From NCBI RefSeq assembly GCF_964213995.1, contig NC_135801.1:108252001-108316000 (forward strand): 64,000 nt of DNA, in the 5' to 3' direction. The position numbers and the translations under genes were made by a program. The notes under the pieces were generated by a model. The model was not told the DNA's origin and ran no database searches. It saw only the letters and a list, made by a program, of their open reading frames with translations. Positions 1 to 13,454 of this stretch are shown here, piece by piece. The first letter of the stretch is position 1, and each line of letters starts with the position of its first letter. Source of the stretch: Mustelus asterias. Taxonomy: Eukaryota.

Positions 1-543
1 GTAAACTTCAAATAGAAATATTCACACTGCAAATCAGAAAGTGGAAAGCAATTAAAAATCCTTCACTTTTCATTTAAATTTTCAGCTAGCAACATAAATG
101 TATGACTGAATTAAGATAAAAGCTTAAAAAAAACTTTTTAAAGAAAAAAATGCTCCTTAAAGTATATGGAAATGTTATCATTGTGGAAAAAGTTGACATT
201 CCACAAATATAAAATTAGCTTTTCAGGACAAGGATATTTAGCATTATTTATATAGTTCCTACAGCATTAGAGAAACCGGGTGTAAACATTTTCACAAGAT
301 CACAGCATGAAAATGGAAGTTCTTGCCAATTCATAAATTCAAGAGACATAGGAATCTGTGGGAAACACCATGGAGGAACACTGACAGCAACATTTGGATT
401 TCCATGTTATTCTGCACATGGCGGAACTCCTGGTCAATTTCATAGAGCAATGACAGCGAAGGCTGAAAGTTCCACTGTCAGTGTCACAAAAAAATCCAGG
501 CGTTTGACTTTCTGCACAGAATGGAAAATAGGGATGATAACTT

Positions 544-814
544 GGGCAGCACGGTGGCTCAGTGGTTGGCATTGCTACCTCGCAGCACCAGGGACCCGGA
601 TTCAATTCCAGCCTCAGGTCATTGACTGTGTGGAGTTTACACGTTCTCCTGTGTCTGCGTGGGTTTCCTCCGGGCACTTTGGTTTCCTCCCACAGTGTCA
701 GGGGGACTAGAAGGGTAAATACGTGGGGTTACAGAGATTGGCCCTGGGTGGGATTGTTGTCAGTGCAGGCTCAATGGGCCAAATGGCCTCCTTCTGCACT
801 TTAGGGATTCTATG
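544..814 (+). mobile_element. HE1-type V-SINE
   Basis: tRNA-like head (ggcagcacggtggctcagtgg...ttcaattcc), V core gtgtctgcgtgggtttcctccggg, CR1-like tail gcctccttctgcact..gattctatga. Confidence 0.88.
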
Positions 815-1464
815 AACTGAGAAACCATTATAATTAAAAACTTTAAGCAAACATATTCTGGTAAAAATTAAAATCAGAATTATACATGGTACTATTAACT
901 TGACATCTGACCACCTTTATAGATGAAAACTCACTTAAATGTTGCAAGATTCAGGAAGTCCTACAAAAATCTAATCATATTATCCACCCTTTCTACAAGG
1001 TTTTATTTTAGCACAGAAATTGGACGGTTCATTTTGATTCCAAACCACAGCAATTGCTGGAAAGTATTTCAATCAATCTATTTATACAATAGTTCCACAC
1101 ATACAGCAAGCTTTTCTTTAGCAAGTATCACATTGACAAATTAGATGTATGCTAGATGATTCCCCTTCCCTCCAACACAGCAGTTATGAGTAAAGAACTA
1201 CTGTGCAGCCAGATCAATACTGAGGTATATTTAATCTATTTCATGGGTATATTGTCATATGTCACATGAAAAATGTTTTAAGCTGAAGTTCTGACATAAA
1301 TATAAAAAATAATTTAACAGTTGTTATGGTAGTCAAATGTAAAATTACATCAATTCATTCAGCCCAAGAAAAAGATTTTCAGTGAATGTTAGCATACTTT
1401 GTCCAAATACTGGACAGTGGTAGAAAGATTCTTCACAATGGCCAATTGTTACACCTGAATATGA

Positions 1465-2640
1465 ATAGGAATAGACCATTCAGTTCCTTGAGCTGGTTCC
1501 ATATACAATTAAATCATGACTGATCTGTACCTCAACTCCATCCCCCACTTCTCTCCATATTGCTGAGAACTATTACCGATCAAGAATTGATCAATCCCAG
1601 TCTTGAAATGTTCCCAGCATCCCCCTTTTGGGGAAAGAGAGTTTCGGATTTCCTTTATTTTTTTTGTGGAAAAAGCCCTTTCTGATTTCATTCCTGAAAT
1701 GACCTTGCTCTAATGTTATGTCAGCTTGTTCTGAATTTCCCTCTATCAGTGACATTAGTATATTTGTATCTACCACATCAAATGTCTTCCACCAATTGTA
1801 AACACCTTGGTGACATTACTCTGTAACCTTCTAAACACAGAGGAATACAAACCAGGTTTAGACAGCCTTTATATTTTCATAATGTAACCCTTTGAGCACT
1901 CGTATCAATCTGGTAATTCTGTGTTATAACCTTCCTGAAACTTGGCTTAAAAAGACTTCAGATGGGACCTGACCAAAGTCTGTCAGACTGAACTATCATT
2001 TCCTCACTTTAGTATTTCAATTCTTTTGAGATAAAGGCCAACATTCTATTAGCCTTTTTGATTGGTCTTGTTCCTGGCTTTGAGTGACTGTGTATATGGA
2101 CAGTGTTTTGTTCCTCCACGGGTCCTAGCCTCTTACCACTAAAACATTCCAGTTTGTCTTTCTCAGATCTGAACTGAATGACCTCACACTTCCCCACATT
2201 GAACTCCATCTGCCATACGTTTGCTCACTCACTCGGTCTGTCTATGCCCTTTTGTAACTTCCTCCACTCATCTGTATGACTTATGGTGCATCCTAACTTA
2301 GAGCAATTTTCAACTTGGATAGACAGTTTTCTACTCCTTCACCCACTTGTTTAATATATCTGATGAAAAGATGAGGCGCCAGCTCCATACCCTGAGATTG
2401 AAGAAAAAAATTAACAAGCTCTTGGGCTGAAGCAAATGCCTTCTGGAAGTCCACAAAAACAATATCCATAGCCTCTCCCCTAACTACCATGTTAGTGACT
2501 GCTTTCAAAAAAATGATTAGTCACACATCACCCATCCTTCAGAAATCTGTGCTAACCTCTGATCAGTTCATACAGTTCATAGTGTTCAGTCAGTCCTGTC
2601 TCCAATGATAGATTTCATTAGCTTTTCTATAATTCTTAAG
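1465..2640 (-). mobile_element. Degenerate CR1 LINE 3' fragment
   Basis: ORF remnants MEFNVGKCEVI.F, DFQKAF, FRNEIRKGFF; CR1 3' tail near 1470-1530. Confidence 0.75.
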
Positions 2641-3924
2641 GAACAGTTCTTTATTCATTTCCTTTTAACCCAGTCTTGTCCTTGTATGTACATGGGACAG
2701 TTCTTTGAGGTTAGATCGACTATTTATGTAATATCTTTGAGAGTTAGTGCTTCATATAATTTACTAAGTGATATAGAGTTGAATATTTTATGGTTGTTAT
2801 TTTAACAGTGATTCGCTGGTACTGGGCACAATATAATACAAATCTCAATACGATGCACAGCTGCAGTACGACCTTCTATCATGCTTAGCAATGAGAACAA
2901 ACCAAGTACAACACAGCAAATCAAGTCTACCATAGGCAGAGCTTCTGCTTACCAAAAACATTCTCAGGAGCTGAACTCCTCACCTACTACTAATTCTCAG
3001 GAGTCTGGCATACATCTTATGGGGCCAATTTAGTTCTAATTGGTCAACATGTCATTTTGATTTCACTGCACAAGGATTCCCCATGCAGTTTTTGTCTTTT
3101 ACTTCAGTCTCATTACTTTTGAAGTATAGTCACAACTGTCAAGAGGATAAATGTGTAGCTTTGTCCCCAGATGGCAAATAAGATGAATGGCAAGTTGATA
3201 GGCTGCTTTTCACAAAATAACAAATAGCAATTTCTAAGTAACTTTGCATACAAGTACAAAATGTAGCACTGGTAGGAAAATAACTATTTCACTCATTGTA
3301 CAATGTTAAAGCTCTCTTATAGTCTAGGGTAACAGTAGACTAATTAGCAGACCAAATCTCACAACATGTTGATGATTTGCTGAAAAATACTGGTAAGAAT
3401 GAGATGAAATATGATTTTTATATCATATTTCAGCCCGTGTGGAGTCCACAAATTCTAGGAATGTTTGACATCTTGTACACATTAGACACACATCTCATCC
3501 AAAGACAACACGTCTGACAATATAGTACTCACTAAAGTGTCAGTTTAGATTATTTTACTATTAAAAAGCCTTGTAGTGCAAGGGTGTACAAGAACTTCAT
3601 TTTAAGTTTGAAGCAGATTTTGAAGACACCACAGAACTTTATTTCTCCCTTTACTTGCAGAAGTTAAGAGTTAATGGCAAATTCCCGAACATTAAAACTG
3701 AAGATGTCCTTGGAGCTTCACTCACTCTGCCACTGTAACCCCCGTTTGCTAAAGTAATTTCTATACCAAACAGATAAAAATATACTTGAGGTTTATTTCC
3801 CTAACATTCAAATTTCAATGTTTATATGAAAATTAAATGGAAGGTGGAATCCTGATTATGCATTATGGCACTGGGGAAATTCACCAAGTAAAACTACATA
3901 GTATAAAATGTTCCTGCACATATA

Positions 3925-4785
3925 AATTTGATTTATTGTCACATGTATTAGCAGACAGTGAAAAGTGTTGTTTCTTGCACGCTATACAGACAAAGCATAC
4001 TGTTCATAGAGAAGGAAACGAGACAGTGCAGAATGTAGTGTTACAGTCATAGCTAGGGTGTAGGAAAAGATCAACTTAATGCAAGGTAAATCCATTCAAA
4101 AGTCTGACAGCAGCAGGGAAGAAGCTGCTCTTGAGTCAGTTTGTATGAACTCAGATTTTCGTATCTTTTTCCCGATGGAAGAAGGTGGGAGAGAGAATGT
4201 CTGGGATGCGTAGGGTCCTTAATTATGCTGGCTGCTTTGCCGAGGCTGCAGGAAGTGTAGACAGAGTCAATGGATGGGAGGCTGGTTTGCGTGATGGATT
4301 GGGCTACATTCACGACCTTTTGTAGTTCCTTGCAGTCTTGGGCAGAGCAGGAGCCATACCAAGCTGAGATACAACCAGAAAGAATCCTTTCTATGGTGCA
4401 TCTGTAAAAGCTGGCGAGAGGTGCAGCTGACATGCCAAATTTCCTTAGTCTTCTGAGAAAGTGGAGGCGTTGGTGGGCTTTCTTAACTATAGTATCGGCA
4501 TGGGGGGACCAGGACAGTTTGTTGGTGATCTGGACACCTAAAAACTTGAAGCTCTCAACCCTTTCTACTTCGTCCCTGTTGATGTAGACAGGGGCATGTT
4601 CTCCTTTACGTTTCCTGAAGTCAATGACAATCTCCTTCGTTAATGGCAAAAGAGCCCCTGTGACTTAATGTAGGAGAATCACTAGGAGATTGTTTTTAGA
4701 ATGTGTGTTATGGAAACATGTATGTGTGTAACATATATTAAATATATAATATATTATGTGCATACATACAAATGTACATGTACAG
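3925..4785 (-). mobile_element. Rex1/Babar-type LINE 3' fragment with a ~145 bp non-LINE head (copy 1)
   Basis: ORF 4071-4649 KEIVIDFRK...SFKFLGVQIT...KKAHQRL.FLRRLRK; tail ...gtgacaataaatcaaat; flanked by acatata at 3918-3924 and 4786-4792. Confidence 0.88.
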
Positions 4786-5072
4786 ACATATACTGGAAGA
4801 TTGTTTACATGATCTTTGCGTCATCATTCTTTCTCCAGCTCAAACATAATAAATAAAAGTTGAAAAAAAGCCAGAAAAAGGATCAATAAGGGCAGAAGCT
4901 TCAATAATAGAATCTGGAACAGTGCATATAAAGAAGTAAATCACAGTTACAGGTTTTGGATAAAAGGCCAGGCTTCATGCTAAAAATGTCATCAAATATA
5001 AAAAAATAATATCAAGGCAAGTTTAAGAAAGTTATTTTGAAAAACTTAATTTGTGTATATATTAAAAATATT

Positions 5073-5201
5073 GGCTGGAATTCTCCAGCTGTTCACCGCT
5101 GCTGCAAGCAAGGATGGAGAATTTGGCACTGAGCCAAATCTCCATTCACTGGTGCAGGGCTAGAGAATCGCGGAGGCACGAACAGCCGCAGAATTCCGGC
5201 C
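5073..5201. mobile_element. MITE, PIF/Harbinger-like
   Basis: TIRs ggctggaattct / agaattccggcc (1 mismatch), 3-bp direct repeat att on both sides, internal palindrome ggagaatttggc...gccaaatctcc. Confidence 0.75.
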
Positions 5202-7837
5202 ATTGACAACGAAAATTCAGAGTGCTTCCAGATCTCAATCAGTTCAAAAGGACCAGGAATTGGGGCACCAGTTTTCATAGCCTTTGTTTGGCTGGAGCTG
5301 ATTCCAACTGAAAGATATCAGGATCAAGAGGCATGACTGGGGGAAGCAAACGCACAGGCTGGAAAGATCCTCATCCTTGGGCTGGAAATGGGTTGGTGTG
5401 CCCATATCTCCAGAGAAAGTTAGTGCATGGCCCAGAATATGTGTAGGGCACCAGCGATGGAATCTGGCCTGGACACACAAGTCATTTGAAGAAAATTGAA
5501 CAATACTTTCACAACCTTGTTCAAGGAGCAACAAGTAAGATGTTTGGAGAAACAGAAAACATTAAAAGTTCATCTCGCTGGTATTCGACCACCTTGGCAA
5601 TTGCATGATACAACCCTGACACTGTTGACTAAACTTTGCAATCAATCTGCAATGACTCTACCACAGACCGAGACGTGAGGTGAAGAAACTCTCAGAGGTG
5701 GAGCGCCTTGGGAATCACAAGTATAGTTTCACCTACTGGTCCCAACCATGCTACACTTACCACACATCCTGTCACAAATTACTTCCATAGTTTATCCCAA
5801 AGTCTAATGTGTTTGAAATAAGTCTAATTTGCGTTTGAATGAATCAATACTAACCTCTTGTACTATGGCTAAAGGAATGCATACCATAGATTGACCACTC
5901 ATTTACTGAAATAATGGGCTCCAATTTTAACCGATTCAAACCCTCCACCCTCCTTCTCCCCCAAACAAGCCATTGCAGGATCAGCGAGTCACTCTTCTTC
6001 CAGGGGCCCTTGGCTCTTTTGAAACCCAGATACGAAGAATCATTACTGGTGCAGGCACGTACTATACATTTAAATATGGGAGTGTTCCCCTGGACCTGCA
6101 AATTCCTGCAAGGTCAGCGCTGGAGGTTCTCAGTGGGCCTAACTGGCACTAATGCTCATTTGCTGTTCTTGTTGATTTTCAGGTCTCATACTTATAAGCA
6201 ATAAGGTTAATGAAAATAGTGAAGGAAAAGATTAACATGCAAAATATCTTTCAAACTAAATGATTTGATTCATCCAGTTTTTTTTTAAATGAAGAATTCA
6301 TAATTTTCCACATTTCAAGCTCTGATTGATTAGTCTTTGATTTAGAATGTGTAATGAATCACTGTATTGGATGTGAAATGCTTTCTTTTACTGCAAGATA
6401 AGGCTTATATACACCATCATAATGATTTGATAATTGTTGTTGAGACATTAAGTATAAACTCAGTTGAATACCATTGAATAAAACAGAGTGTTTCAAAAGT
6501 CTGTACCATGCCAAATTTCCTGAATCTCACTTCTTTCACAAGTATTACTGCTTGACCAGTTAGCTAAAACAAAGTTAAAAAGGCATTATGAAAGTATTCA
6601 CAACTGTTTTTAGCAAGCTCCTCAGTAATTATTTTCAATTAGTTGAAATACCGTTTGTATTAAGGACGTTATATGTTTATAGAATGTGCAGAATGTAACT
6701 TCACATAGTTAGCTTCCTGAAGAAAATCTGACAGGCTTCACAAAATGAATGTAAAACTTTCCAAGAGCTACCATGTCACGGCAGCTCTGTAACACTCCAC
6801 GGTTCATTAAATCTGATTATAGAAGCATGAATCGCTACAAATTCCCCATTTACCAATTTGTAACCCAGCTGGCCTCCAGATGAACAGTTCCTGCTCACAA
6901 ATCAACCTTACTTTATTGCTTGAGTGAACGTGCAAACAATATTTGAAAAACAAATGTCTATAGCTAAAGATATAAAAAAGAGACTAGTGTAACAATTTGC
7001 CTCGTTTTATTTAAATATATTTAATAGTGAATCGTGAAGTGAAATTATTGAGACATGGCTTAAGAGATAGTTATCAACAGATCCCTTCTCACAATCTGCT
7101 CGACATGTGTGAAGACATGAATGGCAGAGGCAGATGGAATTTGTTTACAGCACTTGGAGGGGGTGGACACATTTTAAAGAACTTCAAATTAATGCCATTC
7201 TAAAAAAAATTGACAAAAGCATTTTCTGTAGATATTTTCTATTTTTAAAATTTTATTATGATTTCCTAACACACTCTCATCATCCCAGTACTCTTTTTGA
7301 TGCCATTTTGGAATTGACTGCTTAACAATATGCAATGACAACCCAAAGGCGGTTTGCACATTAAGCTTCTGCCCTTTCCTCGAGGGAACTAACTGCAGGT
7401 GCATTAACCAGATTACTGATGCCCTCTTCACCAATGCATCACCTTCCCATTGACTACAACAGTTACTCAGAGGCAGGAGAACAGTTGGGGGGTTTGTAGC
7501 AGTGACTGACCTCTAAATATAGGGAGCCACTGATTGCAGAAGTTGCTATTCGGGCAAACCAGTACCAGATAGCGTTAGAGAAACCATCAATGTACAGCTA
7601 GTGGCTGATCATAGGCACAGAATTATGTAAATTTCTACTAAGTTCCCAGGCATGCTACATTTATCCTGAGACATATTACCATTTGTTCAGTATTTTAGCC
7701 TCCCAAGATGGCTTCTGGGGGAATAAGGGATACCCGCTACAGATTTAGCTCATGATAATATTCTAACAACTAATAACACCCAAACAGCACCATTAAAATT
7801 GAAGCCATGGAATCATCAGGATTATAACTCAATGCAG

Positions 7838-8673
7838 CATGTAAATTTGTAGGTGTGCGCATAATATATTATATATATTTAATATATGTTACACATATTC
7901 TAAAAATAATCTCCTAGTGATTCTCCTATGTTAAGTCACAGGGGCTCTTTTGCCATTAACGAAGGAGATTGTCATTGACTTCAGGACGCGTAGTGGAGGA
8001 CGTGCCCGTCTACATCAACGGGGACAAAGTAGAAAGGATCGAGAGCTTCAAGTTTTTGGGTGTCCAGATCACCAACAACCTATCCTGGTCCCTCCATGCT
8101 GACATTATAGTTAAGAAAACCCACCAATGCCTCAGTCTTCTCAGAAGACTAAGGAACTTTGGCAAGTCAGCTACGACTCTCACCAACTTTTACAGATGCA
8201 CCATAGAAAGCATTCTTCCTGGTTGTATCACAGTTTGGTATGGTTCCTGTTCTGCCCAGGACTGCAAGGGGCTACAAAAGGTTGTGAATGTAGCCCAATC
8301 CATTATGCAAACCAGCCTCCCATCCACTGACTCTACACTTCCCGCTGCCTCGGCAAAGCAGCCAGCATAATTAAGGACCCCACACACCCCGGACATTCTC
8401 TCTTCCACCTTCTTCCGTCGGGAAAAAGTTACAAAATTGAGATCACGTACCAACTGACTCAAGAACAGCTTCTTCCCTGCTGCTGTCAGACTTTTGAATG
8501 CATTTACCCAGCATTAAGTTGATCTTTTTCTACACCCTAGCTATGACTGTAACACTACATTCTGCACTCTCTTGTTTCCTTCTCTATGAACAGTATGTTT
8601 TGTCTGTATAGAAACAAGAACAATACTTTTCGCTGTATGTTGATACATGCGACAATAATAAATCAAATCAAAT
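7838..8673 (+). mobile_element. Rex1/Babar-type LINE 3' fragment with the same non-LINE head (copy 2, inverted relative to copy 1)
   Basis: ORF 7969-8370; tail gcgacaataataaatcaaatcaaat; head is the reverse complement of ~4640-4780. Confidence 0.88.
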
Positions 8674-9807
8674 ATATACTTCACAACCTTGCCTTAGGAT
8701 GCCCATCTTTGGAAGACACAGAGCAGGTGAGGGGAAAGAGGAAGAAAGGGTCATCACAATGTCTTGCAGCCAAAGATGTTCGAGATCAGCATTTTCTATA
8801 ACCTGCTTGGACAGTTCCTATATCAAACTCCTATATGAAATGACACTGGAAACTAAACTGCTAGCAATTGTGCACAACAGCAGAGTGGGCTGTCCAATTG
8901 CACAGACAAACTGGGGGGCGGGGCAGTGTTTAGCCCACCCATGATATTCTAACAAGGCTTGGTGTTCAAAATGGCCCAGGCATTTTACTCAGCTGTCCAT
9001 ACGTGATTCTTGCCTGTCCCAAACATGCTCCTAAATTAGGGGCTCCAAGTTCTGTGTAGTCAACTGTGCATACAAGAAGACTACTGACCTGAGATGTCAC
9101 AAGATTCAATCAACTCATGGATTATTTTTCTTTAATCGTGCTCCCTTTCATATGCTCTCATTTCACTCCTATTAGCGTTGAGTTGGAACAGTAGGCAAAC
9201 AGAACTTAAGACTACTCCATAGTTCTGTTCTCAAAGCTTCTTTGTACGTTCTTAAAGGGAAGGCATTTCCTGCCACCAGGTGGCAAGCAGGTTTGAACAG
9301 TGGCCTTGACTAGAACTAAAATAGCTATATGGTAGTGGGAAGGAAGCACCTCGGCACGTAGCCTCTGAGTACCATGTGTACCAATCATCTTTTTCGGGGT
9401 TACTTTAGAACCATCTACTATTATCCAATTTAACTGAGTGTTTGTCGGGGTTTTGCTAAATGCATGATGATAAATTAAATTTGACATTTTATCCTTTTAC
9501 GTGGGAGAGGTTGTGGGTTAAGAAACATTAAGGAAATTAAAATGCTCAGAACGATGCAGAATATGCAAGACAATAAATCAGAAAGCTGGTGGGCATTGCA
9601 TGGCTGAGAATTCCTAGTCACCATCAGCAAAAGTACCAATAATATGTGGCAGATTTTAATGTTCCAGCAATACTGAGAATAGCTGAGCAAGAGCTCTCTG
9701 CAGCACTAAGTGATTTTCCTGGTTGTAATTTTAGATGGGAGGGGTAGAGAGTGAGAACAATTGGCAATAAAAGGAATGAGCGTCTGGAGATAACTCTCGT
9801 AGCTTAC

Positions 9808-9918
9808 CTCAATAATGTACAAGACTATGTTCTTGTAAAAGCAGTAGAGGATACACTTTGCTACGCGATTATAGTTCCAGGCTCCATGAACTAGTAGCAA
9901 GTTCTTCAGATACTTGAA
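9808..9918 (-). CDS. ATP8A1: ATP8A1 coding exon, 111 nt: [37 protein letters not shown]
   Basis: TTTCTAG|TTCAAG ... ATTGAG|GTAAGC; P4-ATPase TM5 region (FYKN motif). Confidence 0.96.
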
Positions 9919-10859
9919 CTAGAAACAATATAAGGATTATGATTGCCCATTGCACAATAATGATCTTCTTTAAAATAAATCCAATTGAAACATCACACAT
10001 GGTTTTCATTTCTATAACTCATCAAAATATGCAAAACATAACTGCCAATGCAGTAATGCATAATATATGGAGACATCTAGAAATTACCAATATTACATTA
10101 TGCTACATTAGCTTAATAGTTATTTTCTTGGATTAGTCTATATTTCCTCATAAGTTTCAGAATCTGAATTAATTTTTTTTAAAATCTGCAAATAAAAAAC
10201 TGATATCAGTGACCACGCCATGAAATCTTTCGATCGTCTTAAAACCCAACAAGTTTTGTTATTTCCATCAGCACATTTGTATCCACTGTTCCTCCAGTGT
10301 TATATTTGCATGGTAGCTCACTGTCAACTTTATTCTTGCCTCCTGCTGTTGACCTTAAATTTCCTCTTACTGCATCCAACCTGCCAGACTGTTTCCAATT
10401 TTAAAGTGAATGTCTGAGACAGAATTGAAAGAGGAGGAAAACTTTTGGCCCAGTCCTGTTAGCCACTGTTCTGCTTTTTCAGTTTGTATATTTAAATGGA
10501 AACTCTTATTCCAAACTTCAGTCCAAACTTTCCAGGCTCATTTATAATTAGAGATGGCCCAGTCACACAGATACAAAGAGAAAAGCAAGGAGAACCAGGG
10601 TTGAACTTCGGAGGGTGGATTACCAGAAAAAAGAAATCACAATTCTGAAAAAGCTGAAGGGAGCAAATGCTGATGGGAGTGAACTGAACTGATATGGTGT
10701 GGCTGGATTTGTTGAAATTGAAGGAAGGTAGCAGGAAGAAAACCGTAGGAAGGATATGATCTGTGAAAAATATAATTAAAAAAGGACAAACATTTCTCCT
10801 CTTCTGTCTGCACTATACTTACACACTTCTCAAATATAAAAAACTGCTTTAAAAAAATT

Positions 10860-11900
10860 ATTTGATTTTGGGATATGCCCGTCGTTGCCAAGGCCAGCAT
10901 TTATTGCCCACCCCTAAATGCCTTGATAAGGTGATGGTGAGCTGCCTGCTTGAACAGTGCAGTCCATATAAGGTAGGTACACCCACAGTGCTGTTAGGCA
11001 GGGAGCTCCAGGATTGTGACCCACTGATGAAGTAGTAATAGTTCCAAGTCAAGGTGAGTGAGTGAACTTGCAGATGGTGGCATTACCATGTGTCTTTTGC
11101 CGTTGTCCTTCTAGATAGTAGCAGTTGCAGGTTTGGAAGGTGCTGTCGAAGGAGCCTGGGTGAGTTACTGCATGCATTGTGTAGATAATACACGCTATTA
11201 CAACTGTGTGCCTGTAGTGGACGGAATGAGTGTTTAAGGTGGTTATGGTGTGAAAGAAATGGGCTGCTTTGTATTGGATGATGCAGAGTTTGAGTGCTGG
11301 AGCTGCACACAATCCAGGCAAATGGAGAATGTTCCATCAGACCTCTGACTTGTGTCTCATAGATGATGGACAGGATTTGGTGAGTCGGGCACGAATTACT
11401 CACTGCAGAATTCCAGCTTCTGATCTGCTCTTGCAGCCAAAGCATTTATATGGTCAGCAATGGTAATGCCGTTGAATGTCAAGGGGCGATGGTTAGATTC
11501 TTTCTTGTTGCCTGCCACCTCAGTTATGTCCTGTTATCACCTCAAGTCTAAATGTGTTCAGGTCTTGCTGAATGCAGGTACAGACTGCTTCAGTGTCGGA
11601 AGGATTGTGAATGGCACTCAAACCAATGTAATCAGCAGCAAACATCCTCAGTTCTGATGTTATGTTGGAGGGAAGGTCATGGATGAAACAGCTTAAGATG
11701 GTTGGACTTAGGACACCACCCTGAAGATTTCCTGCAGTGATGCATTTGCACTGAAAAGACTAGATCAAAAAATACAACCATATTTTTGTGCTAGATATGA
11801 TGCCAACCATTGAAGACCTTTTCACTCAATTATCATTGACTTCAATTTTTCAAGGACTCTGCTGCCATGTGTTCAAATGCTGCCTTGACGTCAATGGCAA
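10860..11900 (-). mobile_element. Degenerate LINE, second CR1/L2-group family ('family B')
   Basis: Tail ggggtgggcaataaatgctggccttggcaacgac and body homologous to 24460-26455. Confidence 0.7.
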
Positions 11901-12364
11901 TCAACCTCAGCACAAGTTCACAAATTTTGAAGAGAGTTTGCTCAATGTTTCAAATAAAACTGCCAGATCATGATAATTATCACCAAATATCCTGGTATAT
12001 ATTACTGGAGATGCTTTTCAAAAGTCCAACTCTTGTGTTTGAACTATTTTAGAAAATATTAATAAATTGACAGTAAATTGAAATATGAACACAAGCTACA
12101 TATTCTTGGAGTTTAATGTTGGATTTTATGATGATGATGAACAGTATGGATGACAATCATAGCAGTTAAAATGTTTTTAGGTTAATGAGGCAAAACAATA
12201 AAAGGACCATTTGGTTTAATAAGATCACTCTTAACAACTGTGTTTAATTGAAATCAGCTGTACTTTGTAATGCCAGTGACATTGAAATATATCAAATTAA
12301 ATCTACACATTGAGGGTTATTAAAGTTTACTCATATGTCAAATGATTATTTTATATTCTGTTAC

Positions 12365-12548
12365 CTGTGCTATGGAATAGTCAGATGAATTTGCTGCCTG
12401 TAGTCCCTCATTTCCACTTATTCCAACACCAACATGCGCCGTCTGGATCATTCCCACATCATTTGCTCCGTCACCTATTGCTAATGTTATAACTTTCACC
12501 TGTTTCTTCACCATATCAACAATTTCTGACTTCTGAAGAGGAGAAACT
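12365..12548 (-). CDS. ATP8A1: ATP8A1 coding exon, 184 nt: (R)[61 protein letters not shown]
   Basis: Not in the ORF track. TTCAG|AGTTTCTCCT ... GCACAG|GTAACA; GDGANDV hinge motif; phase 2 start matches the previous exon. Confidence 0.97.
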
Positions 12549-13007
12549 CTGAATAAAGTAAAAAGGAAGATAAATCAGAGTGAAACAGAACCTCAGTAGG
12601 CTAGAAGAATGGCTATTCCTTTATTTTCATATATTTTAATAGTAAAAGTCTTTCCCATGGTATGTTTAGTTTGTACTTTTGTGTAGTACTTCTGTATCTC
12701 CTTAATCATAGGCACATTTCTTCTGCCACATCTAATTGAGACTTTATTACCACTGTCTATTAGACCCTTATCCTGGTTTCCCCATCTAGTTTACAAAATC
12801 TGCAGCAAGCCACAGGAAAGTAAACTAAAGCAAAGTAAAAACAATTCAACAGCTTCACATAGAGTATAAATGCTTACTATTGTAAATAATGATCATCGCA
12901 GTTAGAAGAATTTACACTTTCTGCCTCATTAACGGGCAGGAAGTCGCTGCCTGCTTCGTGAAAATCAGGATGGGCAGGCGTGAGTTTGTATATATGTGTG
13001 TGGTGGT

Positions 13008-13057
13008 GGGGGGGGGGGGGGGGGGGGGGGGGGGTTGGGGGGTTGGGGGGGCGGGGG
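13008..13057 (+). repeat. Poly-G tract (27 G) followed by G5-7 runs; G-quadruplex-forming potential
   Basis: Direct reading of 13008-13057. Confidence 0.9.
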
Positions 13058-13454
13058 AGCTGTAAGTTCAGATGGGGTTGATTTAAACTCTCCTCCACTG
13101 CCAGGAGTGGGGTTCAAACCTTCCATCTCAGTGGCAGGAATATTACCATGAAGGCAAAGGCTTGTTCAGAAGGTTAGGATAAATAAACAGATTGAACTCA
13201 CATAGAAGCAATTTCACATAAAAATTAGCCTGTTTACAGTCTTAACTTACCTGAGACATCAATATGTCACAGTCTAATTTAATATTCCTTTGCACTGGCA
13301 CCTTATTAATGTTGGATATTTATTCAGCCAATTTCTAAATAATTTCGATAGTGTGCCTTATACACTGTTAACATTTTAACTTAGATGTTCTGCTGAAGTT
13401 ATGTTGGCTTTCTAGGGTGTGTATGTTTTGTGGATTGGGAGTAACTGATTACCG

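Noticed and set aside
5220-6200. Several 60-96 aa ORFs between the inverted Rex1 copies
   Set aside because: No recognisable domains or consistent splice structure; cannot support a cargo gene or composite transposon.
8690-8960. Possible Harbinger transposase remnant
   Set aside because: Similarity too weak to support by eye.
1-9807. Next ATP8A1 exon ([25 protein letters not shown]-like)
   Set aside because: Searched by eye and not found; probably beyond the window start.
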